A DNA stretch of 64,000 bases, from contig OZ024741.1 in NCBI GenBank assembly GCA_964016885.1, positions 241,304,001 through 241,368,000 of the forward strand, read 5' to 3'. Shown here one piece after another: positions 1-13,454 of the stretch; the stretch's first letter is position 1, and each line of letters starts with the position of its first letter. A model generated the notes under the pieces. That model saw nothing but the letters and a program-made list of their open reading frames with translations, made no database searches and had not been told where the DNA came from. Position numbers and translations under genes: made by a program. This DNA is from Eledone cirrhosa (Eukaryota).

Positions 1-440
1 TTCACCTAATGCGGGCCCTAGGAGATAAACACTCCCTGAAACATAAGTAATACACATGTAAAGTTTGAAAAAAATCGGTTGGGTACTTCTCGAGTTTTAG
101 AGATTCAAACTCACACACACCACACACACACACACAGACATCCTCAAGGAAGTGACGTAACGCAGACAGCCAGACATACAGACAGATATTATAAGGATGC
201 AACGTTATAAGTATGTATCTATCTAAAAAGAGAAAGATTAAGAATTATAGAGCGAGATCGCTAAATCGCCTAATGTGGTCCCTGCGGCATAGAAAATTTG
301 AAATTGTTTTTGCTCAGAACACTTCCTGAAACATAAGTATTACATGTGTAAAGTTTGAAAAGAGTCGGTTGGGTGGTTCTCTAGTTTTAGGGATTTGAAC
401 TCACACACACATAACATCCTCAGTTTTATATATAGAGATA
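1..440 (+). mobile_element. Two related Helitron/HINE-like terminal modules (approx. 1-215 and 262-440)
   Basis: Diverged direct repeat 'cctgaaacataagta..catgt..aagtttgaaa..tcggttgggt..ttct..agtttta..gatt..aactcacacacac'; resembles invertebrate Helitron-type 3' ends and lies next to a Helitron coding fragment. Confidence 0.5.
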
Positions 441-504
441 TTCGTGTACAGATATTTTTGCATACACAAAAACAAAAACCTATTTATTTCACGAAAGCAC
501 AAAT

Positions 505-921
505 GGCTTATCGTCATTGTTACTGTCCGAGGTTAGAGGACCACAGTCTTTCTAAGATCTGAGAACCATCAATGGCCATCAATGTTCCACTTATCGTTTG
601 ACTTGCCAGACGTGTGGTATGTTACATGATGACAGCCATTGGCACCTCACCCTGAAAGACGCAGCAACTGCTAAAGTCCCTTCTCAGTTGCGAAAACTTT
701 TTGCTATTATGCTGCACAACTGCGATCTCGCTGACCCTCTTGCACTGTGGAACAACCACCGTGAAAATCTAGCTGAGGACATCCTCCACCGCACACGCAG
801 ACACAATCCAAACATAACAAACGATGTCGGTTTCAATGAGGTGCTCATTTGTCTTGAAAACAGTGTCCTGGAGATTGGTAGTAGGCCTCTAAGTCACTAC
901 AAAAAATATTGTATATTCTGA
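505..921 (+). pseudogene. Helitron Rep/helicase linker fragment
   Basis: ORF 598-921 'CQTCGMLHDDSHWHLTLKDAATAKVPSQLRKLFAIMLHNCDLADPLALWNNHRENLAEDIL' matches the conserved segment between Helitron Rep and PIF1-like helicase domains; truncated. Confidence 0.8.
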
Positions 922-1074
922 GGCTCTAACAATGTAATTTAAATATTTTCTGTTACTTGGAATTTCCATTATGGTTGTACAAATTAATTATTGTTTGTTA
1001 AAAAATGTGTTCTCTGTTCAGCCTTTATTGTTGTAACTATCAATTTTCTTTAACGTACTGGCTGCTGAACTGGG

Positions 1075-1241
1075 GAATCCTAAAAACTATTCAAACCCAA
1101 CATCAGAGCACGCCCCCCCCCCCCCCCTCCTTGCTGACTTGAGAGGGCGTGCGGTATCTTTGCACTGGAGTGTAGGGGCGATTCCTGAAAAGATAAAATG
1201 CTGATATACTTAGCTGGGCACCAGCCAGACGGGCCAGCTAG

Positions 1242-1243
<2 letters not shown>
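1075..1243 (-). mobile_element. Probable Helitron-like 5' terminus fragment
   Basis: Minus strand starts 'tactagctggcccgtctggctggtgcccagcta' directly after (TA)n; similar to ACTAGCTG..CCCG starts of non-autonomous Helitron-like elements. Confidence 0.35.
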
Positions 1244-1280
<37 letters not shown>

Positions 1281-1985
1281 TTCATAATCATCATCATCAT
1301 CATCATTGTTTTTACATCCACTTTTCCATGGGTTGGATGGGATGTTTTGAGACAATGTTTTATAGTCAAATGTTCTTCCTGGCACCAACCCTATATATTA
1401 TATATGGGTATGTTTAGGAAGCAGACAGGGTAATAAATATTGAGGTAACACTGTCTGTATATATGTGTGTAAAAGGTTCTTTAAAACCATATGGTCTCAT
1501 GTTTGTGTAGCACCCACAACAAATGTCTTCTGCTGTAACCTGAAATTGGCTAAACATTTTTGAGAGGAACTTGATTGACTATGCAGAAACCTTTCTATAA
1601 TCTGTGACTTTTATGGACACCAGATGTCTTGCTTTGGTTTGTATCTGGATCAGTTCTGTATGCACCAGGCACACTATACAAGGTGGTTGGTTTTAGACAG
1701 GGCATACAGCTGTAGAAACTAGACCAAAATATAGAAAATATGAGCCAGATATGACCCATTTTGGAAGGTAGTAACAGACTTGAATTGACCTTTTAGATCT
1801 AGCATGAAAAAACCTGTAACAATTGTGGGGGTGGTGATGGTAGTGATAAATGAGTGATTTGAGGGTGATTTAACTGACATTTCTAGCAATCCAAAGAACC
1901 GTGAAATACAGAAAACCTCTTTTCATCTGTGAAGTTCACATTAATTTAAGTATAATTTAATAAGGCTATATTAAAAAAAATTATA

Positions 1986-2367
1986 TTAACTCTCTTGATA
2001 GCAACCCACCTGAAACTACTCTGCTTGCATCATACACAACTCTTTATTTCAAAACTTTGATACATATATTAAAACCTTCCATCATAATTTGATTTAATGA
2101 ATGATTTTATGATACATGATAGCTTATTTCAAAATGTTAAAACTTATATTCAAAACTTCCATCGTAATTTTATTTAGCAAATGCTTTTATGATATGCGAT
2201 TGTTTAATTTAAACTGTTATTTAAAGACATTTTTTGTTAAGTAGTGTTCCAGATATCATCTTGTCAATGAAAAGGTTTGTTATGACATTAAATTCTCCAA
2301 ATTTTCCAAATTACTTGCTACCCATAGGCAGAGTATTTCATTGGAAATAGAGTAACAGATGTGTTAA
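1986..2367. mobile_element. Degenerate TTAA-flanked MITE (piggyBac-like); relatives at about 5672-5820, 23575-24476 (interrupted), 32832-33070, 60101-60350
   Basis: Shared ends such as 'ttaacc(c)tt..(g)atacc' and 'ggtatc.aa.gg(g)ttaa' and internal 'ttaccatatttct..t.aaa.acactgc'. Confidence 0.45.
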
Positions 2368-3856
2368 ATATAGGTGCAGGTATGACTCTCTGGCTAAGAA
2401 GGTCACTTTACATGGACTTGGGTTCAGTCTCAATGTGTGAGACCTTGTGCACATGTCTTCCACTGGAGCCTCAGGTTGAGCATTGCCTAGTGAGTGAAAT
2501 TTGGTAAAATGTAATTATAAATACTAAAGTAAGAAATAAAAATATAAATTGATATGTGAATGAGTTTCGAATGAATTTAAAGTTATTAGCTTCTATACTG
2601 TATATACTTAGGTGTGAAAATCCACATGTGACTTATCTACCAAACCTAGGCCTTATATACAGATCAAAGACTGAATGAAGCCCAAATATCATAAACACCC
2701 TGCTATGACATATATGACTATATTGTATTTAACAAAATATAATTAACAAATATATATTTTTTTACAAAAATCCAGACTACTTCGAGAAGGCTTCACTTTA
2801 GGGCCCCAAAGACTATGTTCCTTACTCCTCTTATAAAAGACTTATGGTAAAACACTAAGTCCACTTAGTCAACTAAAATTGGTTAATTTGTCAAAACCCA
2901 AAATAGATTATATGACAATAAATCAGTATGTGTGATACAGAACCAATGAAGAATCAAACAACATTATTCTGTAAAATGGTAGTGCTGGTGCCACAATAAA
3001 ATACACCGAGTATATTTTGTTAAGTGGTTCACAATAGGAAGGGCATTTAGTTATTGAAACTAAACTAGACTGGAACATATGAGAAAGACACAGTTATCTG
3101 ATTTGTCAAGCCTCAAAATGTGATAGCCCATCTAAGCCATGGAAAAAGTGATGATGATAATAATGATGTTGATGGTGACGAAAGCTTGAAACCCAAATCT
3201 GTAGGTCAGAGGTCAACAAAATCCTTTGGAGATTACTCAATTTTGAATTTTTTAATTTTGCCCATGGCCTACATGTAACTTACTTATTATACCTTATATA
3301 TAAAAAGTTTGCGGCTCATGGAGAACACGTCAGTGGTCTACATGTGTTTGTGAGTTCTTATGGATGTTTTATGACTAGTTTTAGATATTGGTTTGTAGCC
3401 ATCTAAGTATTCCACTTTTCAAGGTTTTAGGTGATCTTATCAACCCCAGTACTTAATTCACAGGTATAAATTATTTTAAAGATCTCTCTTTATGGCTAAT
3501 TTACCTTTTGACATGAAGGAATATAACTAAACACATGAGTTTTCACTAGTATACACTCAGACATGCATTGACATAAAGGAACCCAACTATACACACGAGC
3601 TTGCACTACTATACACCCAGATAGGCACATATATCCAGTTTCTGGCTATCAAATTCTTCTCAAGAGGAGTTGCTTAACTTGATACTAGAGTAGAAGACAT
3701 TTTTCTGTGGTGCCATGCACTAGGATTGAACCCTGATTGAACCACCTGAACCCCACAATTACATCTGAAATAAAACCTGGTCTATGTGAGGAAGTGAAGT
3801 ATTAATATTTCACAAACCAGGAAGTTCAGAACAAACCATTCGTCTGTGACATCACT

Positions 3857-4004
3857 GCTGCCATCTGGTGACATTTTCACCAATATCCAACCACTGGACT
3901 GTAACATCGCTGCCCCCTGGTGGTGGATTTTACTGTTCCGAGCAAGCAGCTCAGAGACAATCAACTGAAATAAATCCATCAGCACTTCACTGCCCCCTGG
4001 TGTC
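3857..4004 (-). promoter_or_regulatory. Cluster of three co-oriented CTCF-like motifs
   Basis: gctgccatctggtgac (3857-3872), gctgccccctggtggt (3909-3924), actgccccctggtgtc (3989-4004); reverse complements fit the CTCF core CCASYAGRKGGCR. Confidence 0.6.
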
Positions 4005-4435
4005 GGCATCGTGTCACATAAAGTAGTAGGGGAAATAATTAATGGCCTGATAGCAGGAAGGATGCAGGCTGAAGTAATAGCGATATGTAGTCATTGATTT
4101 ATAGATAATTAGTAGCCAAGAATTGGTTGACAGCTGTACACACACTCGCACATGTGCATTCATATACACATATGCATGCACATATACACACAGTTGGAAC
4201 CAACTACACATACACACACACATGTTCAATCCATACAAGCATGGAAAAAGTGGACGTAAAACAATGATGATGATAATGTGTGTGTGTATATAAATATAAA
4301 TATAAATATATATATGTGTGTGCTAGGCGTGTAACTACAATTACAGATGGTATGACATTCAAAACACTCGATTCTGCTATGAGGTCTGTCTCATGTGGGT
4401 TGTATTCCAGAGTTAAGTTGGCTATAGTGTGCAGA

Positions 4436-4474
<39 letters not shown>

Positions 4475-6454
4475 CACACACACACACATAAAAATGTAGT
4501 TGGTGTTAGGAAAGGCATCCAGCAATAGAAACGAAGCCAAAATACAGATCCATATGAGCAAGATGTGGTCACTTGAGCTGACTTGTCGCGTAAGATAACA
4601 AACAATCTAATCTGTGCAAGCATGGAAAATGGACATTTTAAAGGCTGATGATGATAATGATATATATATATGTGTGTGTGTGTGTGTATATAAGTGTGTG
4701 CGTGTGATCACTGGTATATCACAGTTGAGGTGAGACAATTAAGCAGAAAAAAGGACTCAATGCAGTCAAATTAGGGTTTATTTAAAAGTATGTATGAGTC
4801 ACCACTCAGCTTTCAAGTAAAATAAATAAAAGAAAAGTTCCAAATGTAGAAATTAAGTATAGAACAGAGGTCTAATTGTTTATTTAGCAAAAACAAATAT
4901 CTTAGCAGAGAAGTATTTGAGCAGAGAAGTGTTTTAGCACACCTTTCAGACCTCAAGGACCATTAAATTCATAATTTTAAATCCTGCGGATCACTTGTAT
5001 TTGCAATCATATACTTTTGGTCATTACCCAAGATTCATGACTATAGGTAAAGGTTGACATGAGTATCAAATTGAAGATGGTGGACATGTGGTTAGAATGT
5101 CTAAGGAAAGAATCAATGGACTAATTTTATGAACAAAACCAGATGGTAGACTCTGAGCAAGATGGTTGGATAATATCCATGAGCTCACCTGGTTTCACAA
5201 TCAAGACAGTTGCCTCTGACAGGACCTATTGGAAGACTTACTTGAGGACTCTGCTCCCTTGAGCCCCCCCCCCTCCTGCCCCAGGAATGAGTGGGAAAAG
5301 AAGAAGCAGAGGAGGAGGAGGAGAGGCTGGAAAGAAATAAAATGAGCATACTCTCCTAGATGTGTAATGTTAGTGTGCATGCATGGTGACATGTACAGGC
5401 TGAGAGAAAAAGTGGGTATCAAAGTAAGGTAAGCAGCCATAGTATGTAAAGGAGAAGATAACTGCACAAAAAATGACTGTTGGATGCAAAAGTGTCATAC
5501 GTTGCAAGTTTAAGGATCTTTTGAAAGAAGCAGTAGTATGTGGACTGATCTTAAAATACTGAACCTTAGAAAGAAAATGCGAAATGGCTGTGCTATGTTG
5601 AGAAAAGATGCATTGCTTCAAACCTATAAAACTTAAAACTGATAATGATGATACAGAAATATATGTATAGGTTAAACCTTTCATTACCATATTTCTCATT
5701 AAAGACAATGCTTATGTGTTTCAGTTAAATTTGAAAATAAAAAAAAGATTTTGGAGGAATATAGTAATATAACTAATTGGTGGTTGGAACATAACTGAAT
5801 AAAAATATTTTGCTTCTGACAGGACCCATTGGAAGGCATGCTTGAGGGACTCTGCCTACATGACTTTAGGGGCTACCTCGTTTGTGTTGCTAATGACTAT
5901 AAAAATAACCACTGAGTTGCTAATATACGTAGCAGTCTTTGTCATATTGCCACTGTCTAAGGCTGCTTCTGTTGGTCACAACACCATCTGTTGTGTTACT
6001 AATACTACTTTTAATGACATCTACAACCACCTCTGTTAATTATAACATCATCTGTCTTGTTGCTAATGGCTGCATTCCCCTCCATTGGCACGTTAATGGC
6101 TTCAACAACACCCATTGCTTTTCTAATGACTCTAGTCACCGATGCTGTCTTGCTAACGACTGTAACCCTCATCTATTGTGCTGCCAATGATTAGCTACAC
6201 TCAATAGCCACTCTGTTGATAATTAAGCCCCAGAGAGTGTAAATTGCTAAAACCTTATTATTCGATACTTCACGAACGAAAGTTTGAAAGAAAGTTAGAG
6301 AGAAAGTAAGAAACAAACAAACCAAACAAAGAAACAAACAAATAAGAAAGAAAGAAAAAAGAGAGAAAGAAAGAAAAAAAAGAAAGGCTGAGGTCATTGT
6401 TCAAAGATCTCCAGCTTCAGTAATAGATTCTATGTAAGCTGTGTTGCCACTTAC

Positions 6455-6539
6455 ACTGCCTCAGGCCTTCGTTTATGAGATTTTCCAGAAGGTAGCAGGA
6501 ATCTGTGAAAGATGCTGGAGGGCAGAGTGAATTTCCTCG
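6455..6539 (-). CDS. Candidate 85-nt internal exon of an unidentified host gene
   Basis: Acceptor 'tttattacattgttacag', donor 'agt|gtaagt'; two open frames (RGNSLCPPASFTDSCYLLENLINEGLRQ or RKFTLPSSIFHRFLLPSGKSHKRRPEA); unique sequence between microsatellites. Confidence 0.3.
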
Positions 6540-6669
6540 CTGTAACAATGTAATAAATATAACGCTCTATCGTGTACAGCTTCGAAATGGAATGAAGGAA
6601 ATAACTTCTCATCTCATCTCATCTCTCTCTCTCGCTCTTTCTCGCCTCCTTTCTCTCTCTCTCCTTAAC

Positions 6670-6670
<1 letters not shown>

Positions 6671-6722
<52 letters not shown>

Positions 6723-6919
6723 TGTAAATATATAGAGAGAGAAGGAGAGTATATATATATATATATATATAGTGTATACATACAATAAATATATATATAT
6801 ATATATATATATGCATACAGTAAATATATATATAGAGAGAAGGAGAGTATATATATATATATATATATACATACATATACAGTGTATATATATACATAAA
6901 TATATATATATGTATACAT

Positions 6920-6968
<49 letters not shown>

Positions 6969-7029
6969 TACAGTAAATATATATATAGAGAGAAGGAGAG
7001 TATATATATATACATATATATATATGTAT

Positions 7030-7083
<54 letters not shown>

Positions 7084-7125
7084 GTACACACACACACACA
7101 CACCCACACATATATATATATATGT

Positions 7126-7182
<57 letters not shown>

Positions 7183-7544
7183 CTTGCTAGGAATCTCTAT
7201 ATCTCACTTTATATTCTCTACTGCTCCCCCCCCCCCCTCTCTCTAATATATATATATGTGTGTGTGTGTGTATGTATGTATATATATGTGTGTGTGTATA
7301 TGTATGTATATATATGTGTGTGTGTGTGTGTATATGTATGTATATATATGTGTGTGTGTGTATATGTATGTATATATATGTGTGTGTATATGTATATATA
7401 TATGTGTCTCTGTATGTGTGTATATGTATGTATATATGTGTGTGTGTATATGTATATATATAGGTGTCTGTGTATGTGTGTATATGTATATATATATGCG
7501 TGTGTGTGTATATGTATGTATATATGTGTGTGTGTGTGTATATG

Positions 7545-7577
<33 letters not shown>

Positions 7578-8037
7578 GTATGTATATATATGTGTGTGTG
7601 TATATGTATGTATATATATGTGTGTGTGTATATGTATACATATGTGTCTGCGTATGTGTGTATGTGTATGTATATATATGTGTGTCTTGGTGTGTGTGTT
7701 TGTGACTTTGTGTGTGTGTGTCTTGGTGTGTGTGTTTGTGTCTTGGTGTGTGTGTGTGTCTTGGTGTGTGTGTGTGTCTTGGTGTGTGTGTTTGTGACTT
7801 TGTGTGTTTGTGACTTTGTGTGTGTGTGTCTTGTTGTGTGTGTGTTTGTGACTTTGTGTGTGTGTGTGTCTTGGTGTGTGTGTTTGTGACTTTGTTTGTG
7901 TTTGTCTCTTTGTGTGTGTCCTGGTGCGTGTGTTTGTGACTTTGTGTGTGTGTGTCTTGGTGTGTTGGTGTGTGTATTTACGTCTTTGTGTGATTCTTGG
8001 TGTGTGTGTGTATGTATATGTTGTTATCTGTGGGTGG

Positions 8038-8073
<36 letters not shown>

Positions 8074-8305
8074 TTGTATCTGTGTGCTGTTGTATATATA
8101 TATATATATGTGTGTATGTATGCAACTGTGAGTGCATATATATATATATATATGTATGTATGTGTGTGTGTGATTGTTGGTGCATGTGTATATGTTTTTA
8201 TCTGTGGGTGGCTATATATATATGTGTGTGTGTGTGTATGCATCTGTTTGTGCATATATATGTATATGTGTGCTTCTCTGTGTGTGTGTTTATATATATA
8301 TGTAT
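6671..8305. repeat. Compound (TA)n/(CA)n/(TG)n microsatellite field with short higher-order units
   Basis: Directly visible; explains the [12 protein letters not shown] ORFs. Confidence 0.95.
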
Positions 8306-8448
8306 GCGTCTAATGAAGTTAATAGATTTATTTTCTATTTTTTATGGGTTTACTTTTTCTTTCCTTATTTTTCTTATTGCTACAGTTGCTGTTATTGTTG
8401 TTCATGTTGTGGCATGGAAGATAGAGAAATATAAAAACTAATAAAAGC

Positions 8449-8583
8449 CTTCTCTTCTTCTTCTTCTTCTTCTTCTTCTTTTTTTTTCTTCTTTTTCCTC
8501 TTCTTCTTCTTCTTCTTCTTTTTTCTTCTTCTTTTTCTTTTTCTTCTTCTTCTTCTTCTTCTTCTTCTTCTTTTTCTTTTTCT

Positions 8584-8614
<31 letters not shown>

Positions 8615-8795
8615 TTTCTTCTTCTTCTTCTTCCTCTTCTTTTTCTTCTTTTTCTTCTTCTTCTTCTTCTTCTTCTTCTTCTTCTTCTTCTTCTTCTTCT
8701 TCTTCTTCTTCTTCTCTTCTTCTTCTTCTTCTTCTTCTTCTTCTTCTTCTTCTTCTTCTTCTTCTTCTTCTTCTTCTCCTCCTCCTCCTCCTCCT
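8449..8795. repeat. (TTC)n/(GAA)n trinucleotide tract
   Basis: About 340 bp of TTC with interruptions; source of the poly-K/R/E ORFs. Confidence 0.95.
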
Positions 8796-9079
8796 CCACC
8801 ACCCCCTACCCCATCCTCCTTCCCATGCCTGGAACAGTTTGCCATCAATTATTTGCCATGGGATTTACAGGCTACAACTCAACACTTTACCTCTGCCCTC
8901 TCTCCATCCCTATCCCTCTTTCCCTCTAGCCCCTCAACCCCTTCTCTGCCCCCCCCCTCTCTCTCTCTCTCTTTAGAAATGGTAAATCCAGTTTTCCTAG
9001 AAGCCATGTCTGCCACAGAGATAAGGAGTCAGTTAAAGCTAGTTTATTGGTATGGATACATGTATGCACACTTTTATTC

Positions 9080-9280
9080 CATCTCTCTCTCCCTTTCACC
9101 CACTCTCTCTCTCTCCTTTTCTCTCCCTATCACCCTTTCCCCCTTCTCTTTTCTCTCTCTCTCTCTCAACTCCATCTGTCTCTCTCCAACTCTCTATCTC
9201 TTCACCTCTCACTATATATATCCCCCTTTTCTCTCTATATCAACTCTATCTCTTCATTCTCTCTCTCCCTGCCTCTCTTT

Positions 9281-9350
<70 letters not shown>

Positions 9351-9655
9351 TCTCTTCCCATTCTCTATTCCTCTCTCTTCCTCACTTTCCACCTCAGTTT
9401 CTCTCCCTTTCTCTCCCCCTCTCATCTACTCACTCACTCTCTCCCTCTCTCTCTCTCTATCTCTTCACCTCTCTCTATATCTTCCCCCTTTTTCTTTCTT
9501 ATTCTCTATATCAACTCCATCTCTTCATCTCTCCATTTGTCTCTCTTCATCTCTCCCTGCCTCTCTCTCCTCTTTTCCCCTCTCTACCTCACTTTCAACC
9601 TCAGCCTCTCCATATCTCTTTCCTTTTACTCTCTCTCATTCCCCCCCACCCCACC
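9080..9655. repeat. CT-rich polypyrimidine low-complexity tract
   Basis: (CT)n with interruptions. Confidence 0.9.
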
Positions 9656-11146
9656 CAATTTCTTTTTGGTTCCATTCAGATGGTCTCAGCACCAATTTTA
9701 TTCACTTCTTTACTGAAATCATCTGATTTTTCTCTTTGAGTTTTCATTTAACACCAGAGATGGAGAAAAAATACACACACATGAAAAAAATACAGAAAAA
9801 GAAAGATAACGAAAGACAGAGGAAATCAGAGAGGGAGAGAGAAATAGATAGAGAGAGAAACATATAAAGAGAGAGAGGCTGAAAGAGAGAGACAAATATA
9901 ACTAATCTTGTTTTCTATTTTTCGTTATTTTTATTTAAAGTTGTTTTTCTCCTCTCTTAATTCTTTACTCATTTTTATATTATATTTTCTGGGTTTTTTT
10001 AAATAATTTTGTTTTATTCTATTCATGACCCTTTTCTTTATTTTTTAGGTTTCTACACTTTCTTTCTTTCTTCATTTATTTATTTCCTTTTTAAAATTCT
10101 ATTAATTTTCCAAAGTAATTCCAGAATTTCAGGAGTTGTAGTAGTTAGGTGAGGTGGATTCATAAGGCGCCGACTGGCTGCCTGACTAGTTCAGAAAAAC
10201 TGTGTATTGAATCAATGAGGGAGCTGTTAATTAAGAGATTTCTTGGCTTGCTAGAAATAGCTGCCAAATTTCCCCCTACCGTAGGAAAGAAAAAGAAAAA
10301 AGACATTCACATTTACCTTGGAACACAATCGCATTTATAGTGGTATGAGGCAACCTCTCTAGTATTGGTGCCATTATAAAACACTCTTGGTATACTCTGT
10401 AAATTGACTGGCATTCAAATGGAAACAACATAGTGTAGAAAATACTCTTTAGTCATGTCAAGAACATGACAACTTCTCTAGTACTGATGGCATGATATAA
10501 TATTCCCACCACACCCTGTAAAGTGGTTGGCTTTAAAAAGGACTTCTAGTCATAGAAATTGTGAGAGGAATCATGACATGGTAGTACTATAGAGGGACAC
10601 TACAAGACTGAGACAAGCTCTATAAGCTTTTACAAAGGAGGCACGGCAAGTCTTCCTTTGCCTGGTAGCTATGGCAATGGAAGCTGTATGGTGGACTCAC
10701 CTAAAGGGATTGAGGACACGAATCTTCTTCTCTGACCAAGCCCTTATTAACTTCTTACCATTTCAGTGTGTTTTATGAAAGGTAGGTGAGAGAAACAGGA
10801 TTAATGAGGCTGAATGGGCCTACACTCACTATGCTTTTCTAAACAGCAGGAAAGAAATTAGGAGAGGACACTTTCAATGATTGCGGGGCAACAGAGTAAC
10901 CCAAGGTTTTATGGGGGGCTTCTTCCTGGAATTACCCTAAAATGTAGTTCTCCCCACTACTGTGAAACTGGTCTTTGTTGACATTCATTATCGTGATCTA
11001 TTGTTATGTAGCAAATATTAAAATTTCCAATATTGTTATCCCTATTGTTTTCTCTTAAGTGCTGCCTTGTTTCCTTTTCCTGTTGTTTTCTTTTGTTCTT
11101 GTATCATTCCCAGTATCATGGGACCTTGTAGCCAATAAAAGAAATA

Positions 11147-11332
11147 ATAATTGTTTCTACCTTTGGCACAAGGCCAGTTATTACCCCAGTGCATTACTGG
11201 TACTTTATTTTATCGACCCCGTAAGGATGAAAGGCAAAGTTAACCTCGGCGGGATTTGAACTCAGAATGGCAAGGGCCATAACTCAATGCGTCAAAGCAT
11301 GGCGTCCGACCCTCTACCGATACTGCCAATCC
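11147..11332 (-). mobile_element. tRNA-derived SINE family B, near full length, with TSD
   Basis: A-box-like 'tggcagtatcgg', B-box 'gagttcaaatcc', core 'tttgcctttcatccttacggggtcgataaaataaagtaccag'; TSD-like aagaaataataat on both sides. Confidence 0.85.
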
Positions 11333-12171
11333 AAGAAATAATAATACTTATTACTACTATCATTATTATTATTATCATTCTGTGTGTATCCTAGTTTGTA
11401 GAATAGATACACCATATCTCAGCATGTTAGAGGTGACAAAAAGGGTTGGTATCAGGAAGGGCATCCAGCTGTAAAATATTCTCTTGAAACATCCTGCCCA
11501 ACCCATATCAGCATGGAAAAGTAAACATGAAAAGCAAAAAAAAAAAAAAAACTAATAATATTGTTTTTTATTAGCCACGCTGGGCTTTCATTAAGAGGAT
11601 AATAAAGATGGTAATAATAATAATAGCAATAATAAAAATTATTATTATTATTATTATTATCATTATTTAATGTTTATAGATTGAATAAATCCTAATTATT
11701 ATTAGAACTAAAAATAACACATGTGGTTGCATTATTGGTAGTTACAAAAAATATTGCAAAATAAAACAAAATAAAAACATTCTTGATAAAATTCTAAGAA
11801 AATTTACCACTGACATGAGAATTTAACAAAAAAGATTCCAAGATTCTAACATTCCTTAAAAAATACCACCACCACCACCACCACCACCACCACCATGTAC
11901 ATACATTTCAGTAATTAAAAGTTTAATGACAATTCTGTCATTAAAAAGGAATCTTTGAAACATTTCAAGATGGAAAAAAGTCTTTTACAAGAAGATGCCT
12001 GTACCTTGAACATTGTGCTTCCATGTCCTGAGTGTTCTAAGCAAGAAGTTGGAGTGGTGCCAATGCTATTAGTTCTCCACTATTATATTATGTTTGAGAT
12101 TCTTACCAAAGTCCCAGCTGAATACACAGCAAAACCACCATAATTCTGCCAGAATTTATATTGCAGCTGAT

Positions 12172-12223
<52 letters not shown>

Positions 12224-12253
12224 TCCAAGATAGCCAATTTATAAACACTGTCT

Positions 12254-12289
<36 letters not shown>

Positions 12290-12603
12290 ATATTTCACAC
12301 CCCCTCTTTATATTTCTTATAATTCTTTCTTTCTGTCTTTAACTATCTTGCTCTACCTCTAGCCTTTATGATCTCTACCCCTCCTCCACCATCATTATTA
12401 AACATACAGTGACAGCTGTAGGTTGTGTGGTGAAGGCTAATAATAGTTATGGAGTATTGAAAGGGAACATTAAGGGGTGTATAATGATATAATAATGATA
12501 ATAATATACCTACACAGACATTCACACACACACACACACATATATATATACACACACACACATATATATATATATACACACACACACATATATATATATA
12601 TAT

Positions 12604-12661
<58 letters not shown>

Positions 12662-12669
12662 TTTACCTT

Positions 12670-13096
12670 TGAATTTGTTTTGCAAGATTTCTTATCTGAA
12701 ATCGTGTGTTGAAACAGATATATCTTTTTAGGGTCATGCTGCTGATAAAAACACACACACTTGTTGGTTTTCACTTCAATTTATTATAAATTTCCGGTTG
12801 GTTGGTTTGATAACCGGATGGTTGTTTATATATTGTCAAAGCCCTTTTGTGACACATTCTGTGACCTCAGTGACTGGGTTTTTATTTTGTGCCTTTAATT
12901 TGTTCTGTCCTACACCATCTTGCTGTAGGATAGAACAAAGGAGGTCACAGAATGTGTGACGAAAGGGCTTTGACAATATATAAACAATCACCTGGTTATC
13001 GAACCAATCAACCGAAAATTTGTAATAAATTGAAGTGAAACTCAACAGGTACCTGTGTTTTTATTGGCAGCATGACCCTCCCAAAGTATAACAATA
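12670..13096 (-). mobile_element. Fold-back HHR element family P1, decayed copy (same family as 16334-16916)
   Basis: Inverted arms about 12729-12918 and 12924-13080; one-sided tail on the left; HHR core damaged by deletions in both arms; flanked by (TA)n. Confidence 0.75.
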
Positions 13097-13326
13097 TATA
13101 TATATATGTATATATATGTATATATATATATTTTTCAGAGTGGTCTACCCTTGGTACGTACCGTAGATAGAACTCAATGTAATCTGATGGCAAGTAATCA
13201 AGTGAAATCCATAGAAAAGTTCTGTGTTCCGCTGAGATAATTCCTTCGATACAGAGTCAGATATTAGGTATTAAATTAACAATGAATATAATAACAACAA
13301 AGTCAAATTATTTTACCTATTCATAT

Positions 13327-13454
13327 CATTGTTTTACGATCGTTTCAGAGGGTTGATCATATTGACATATTGTCTGACCTATAGCAGTTATATAACTGTA
13401 TACTATCAGACCTCATTTATAGGTTCGATCAGATCGTCTTCTTCAGAAACAATG
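13327..13454 (-). ncRNA. Type-I hammerhead ribozyme with about 93-nt stem II, in a solo Penelope-like terminal-repeat fragment (about 13130-13695)
   Basis: Minus strand: cauuguuu CUGAAGA [aga...ucu] GAAA cgaucg UA aaacaaug; perfect 8-bp stem I, intact core, palindromic stem III. Confidence 0.8.

Noticed and set aside
8977-9049. Possible plus-strand exon (MVNPVFLEAMSATEIRSQLKLVYW)
   Set aside because: The acceptor is supplied by a CT microsatellite, it is on the opposite strand to the other exon candidates, and no homology was recognised
6609-9739. Long ORFs (up to 345 aa) of YI/HT/CV, poly-K/R/E and SL repeats
   Set aside because: Translations of microsatellites; the same applies to ORFs at 17-19, 36-39 and 42-51 kb
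12016-12130. Tiny minus-strand AG..GT segments
   Set aside because: Too short to distinguish from chance
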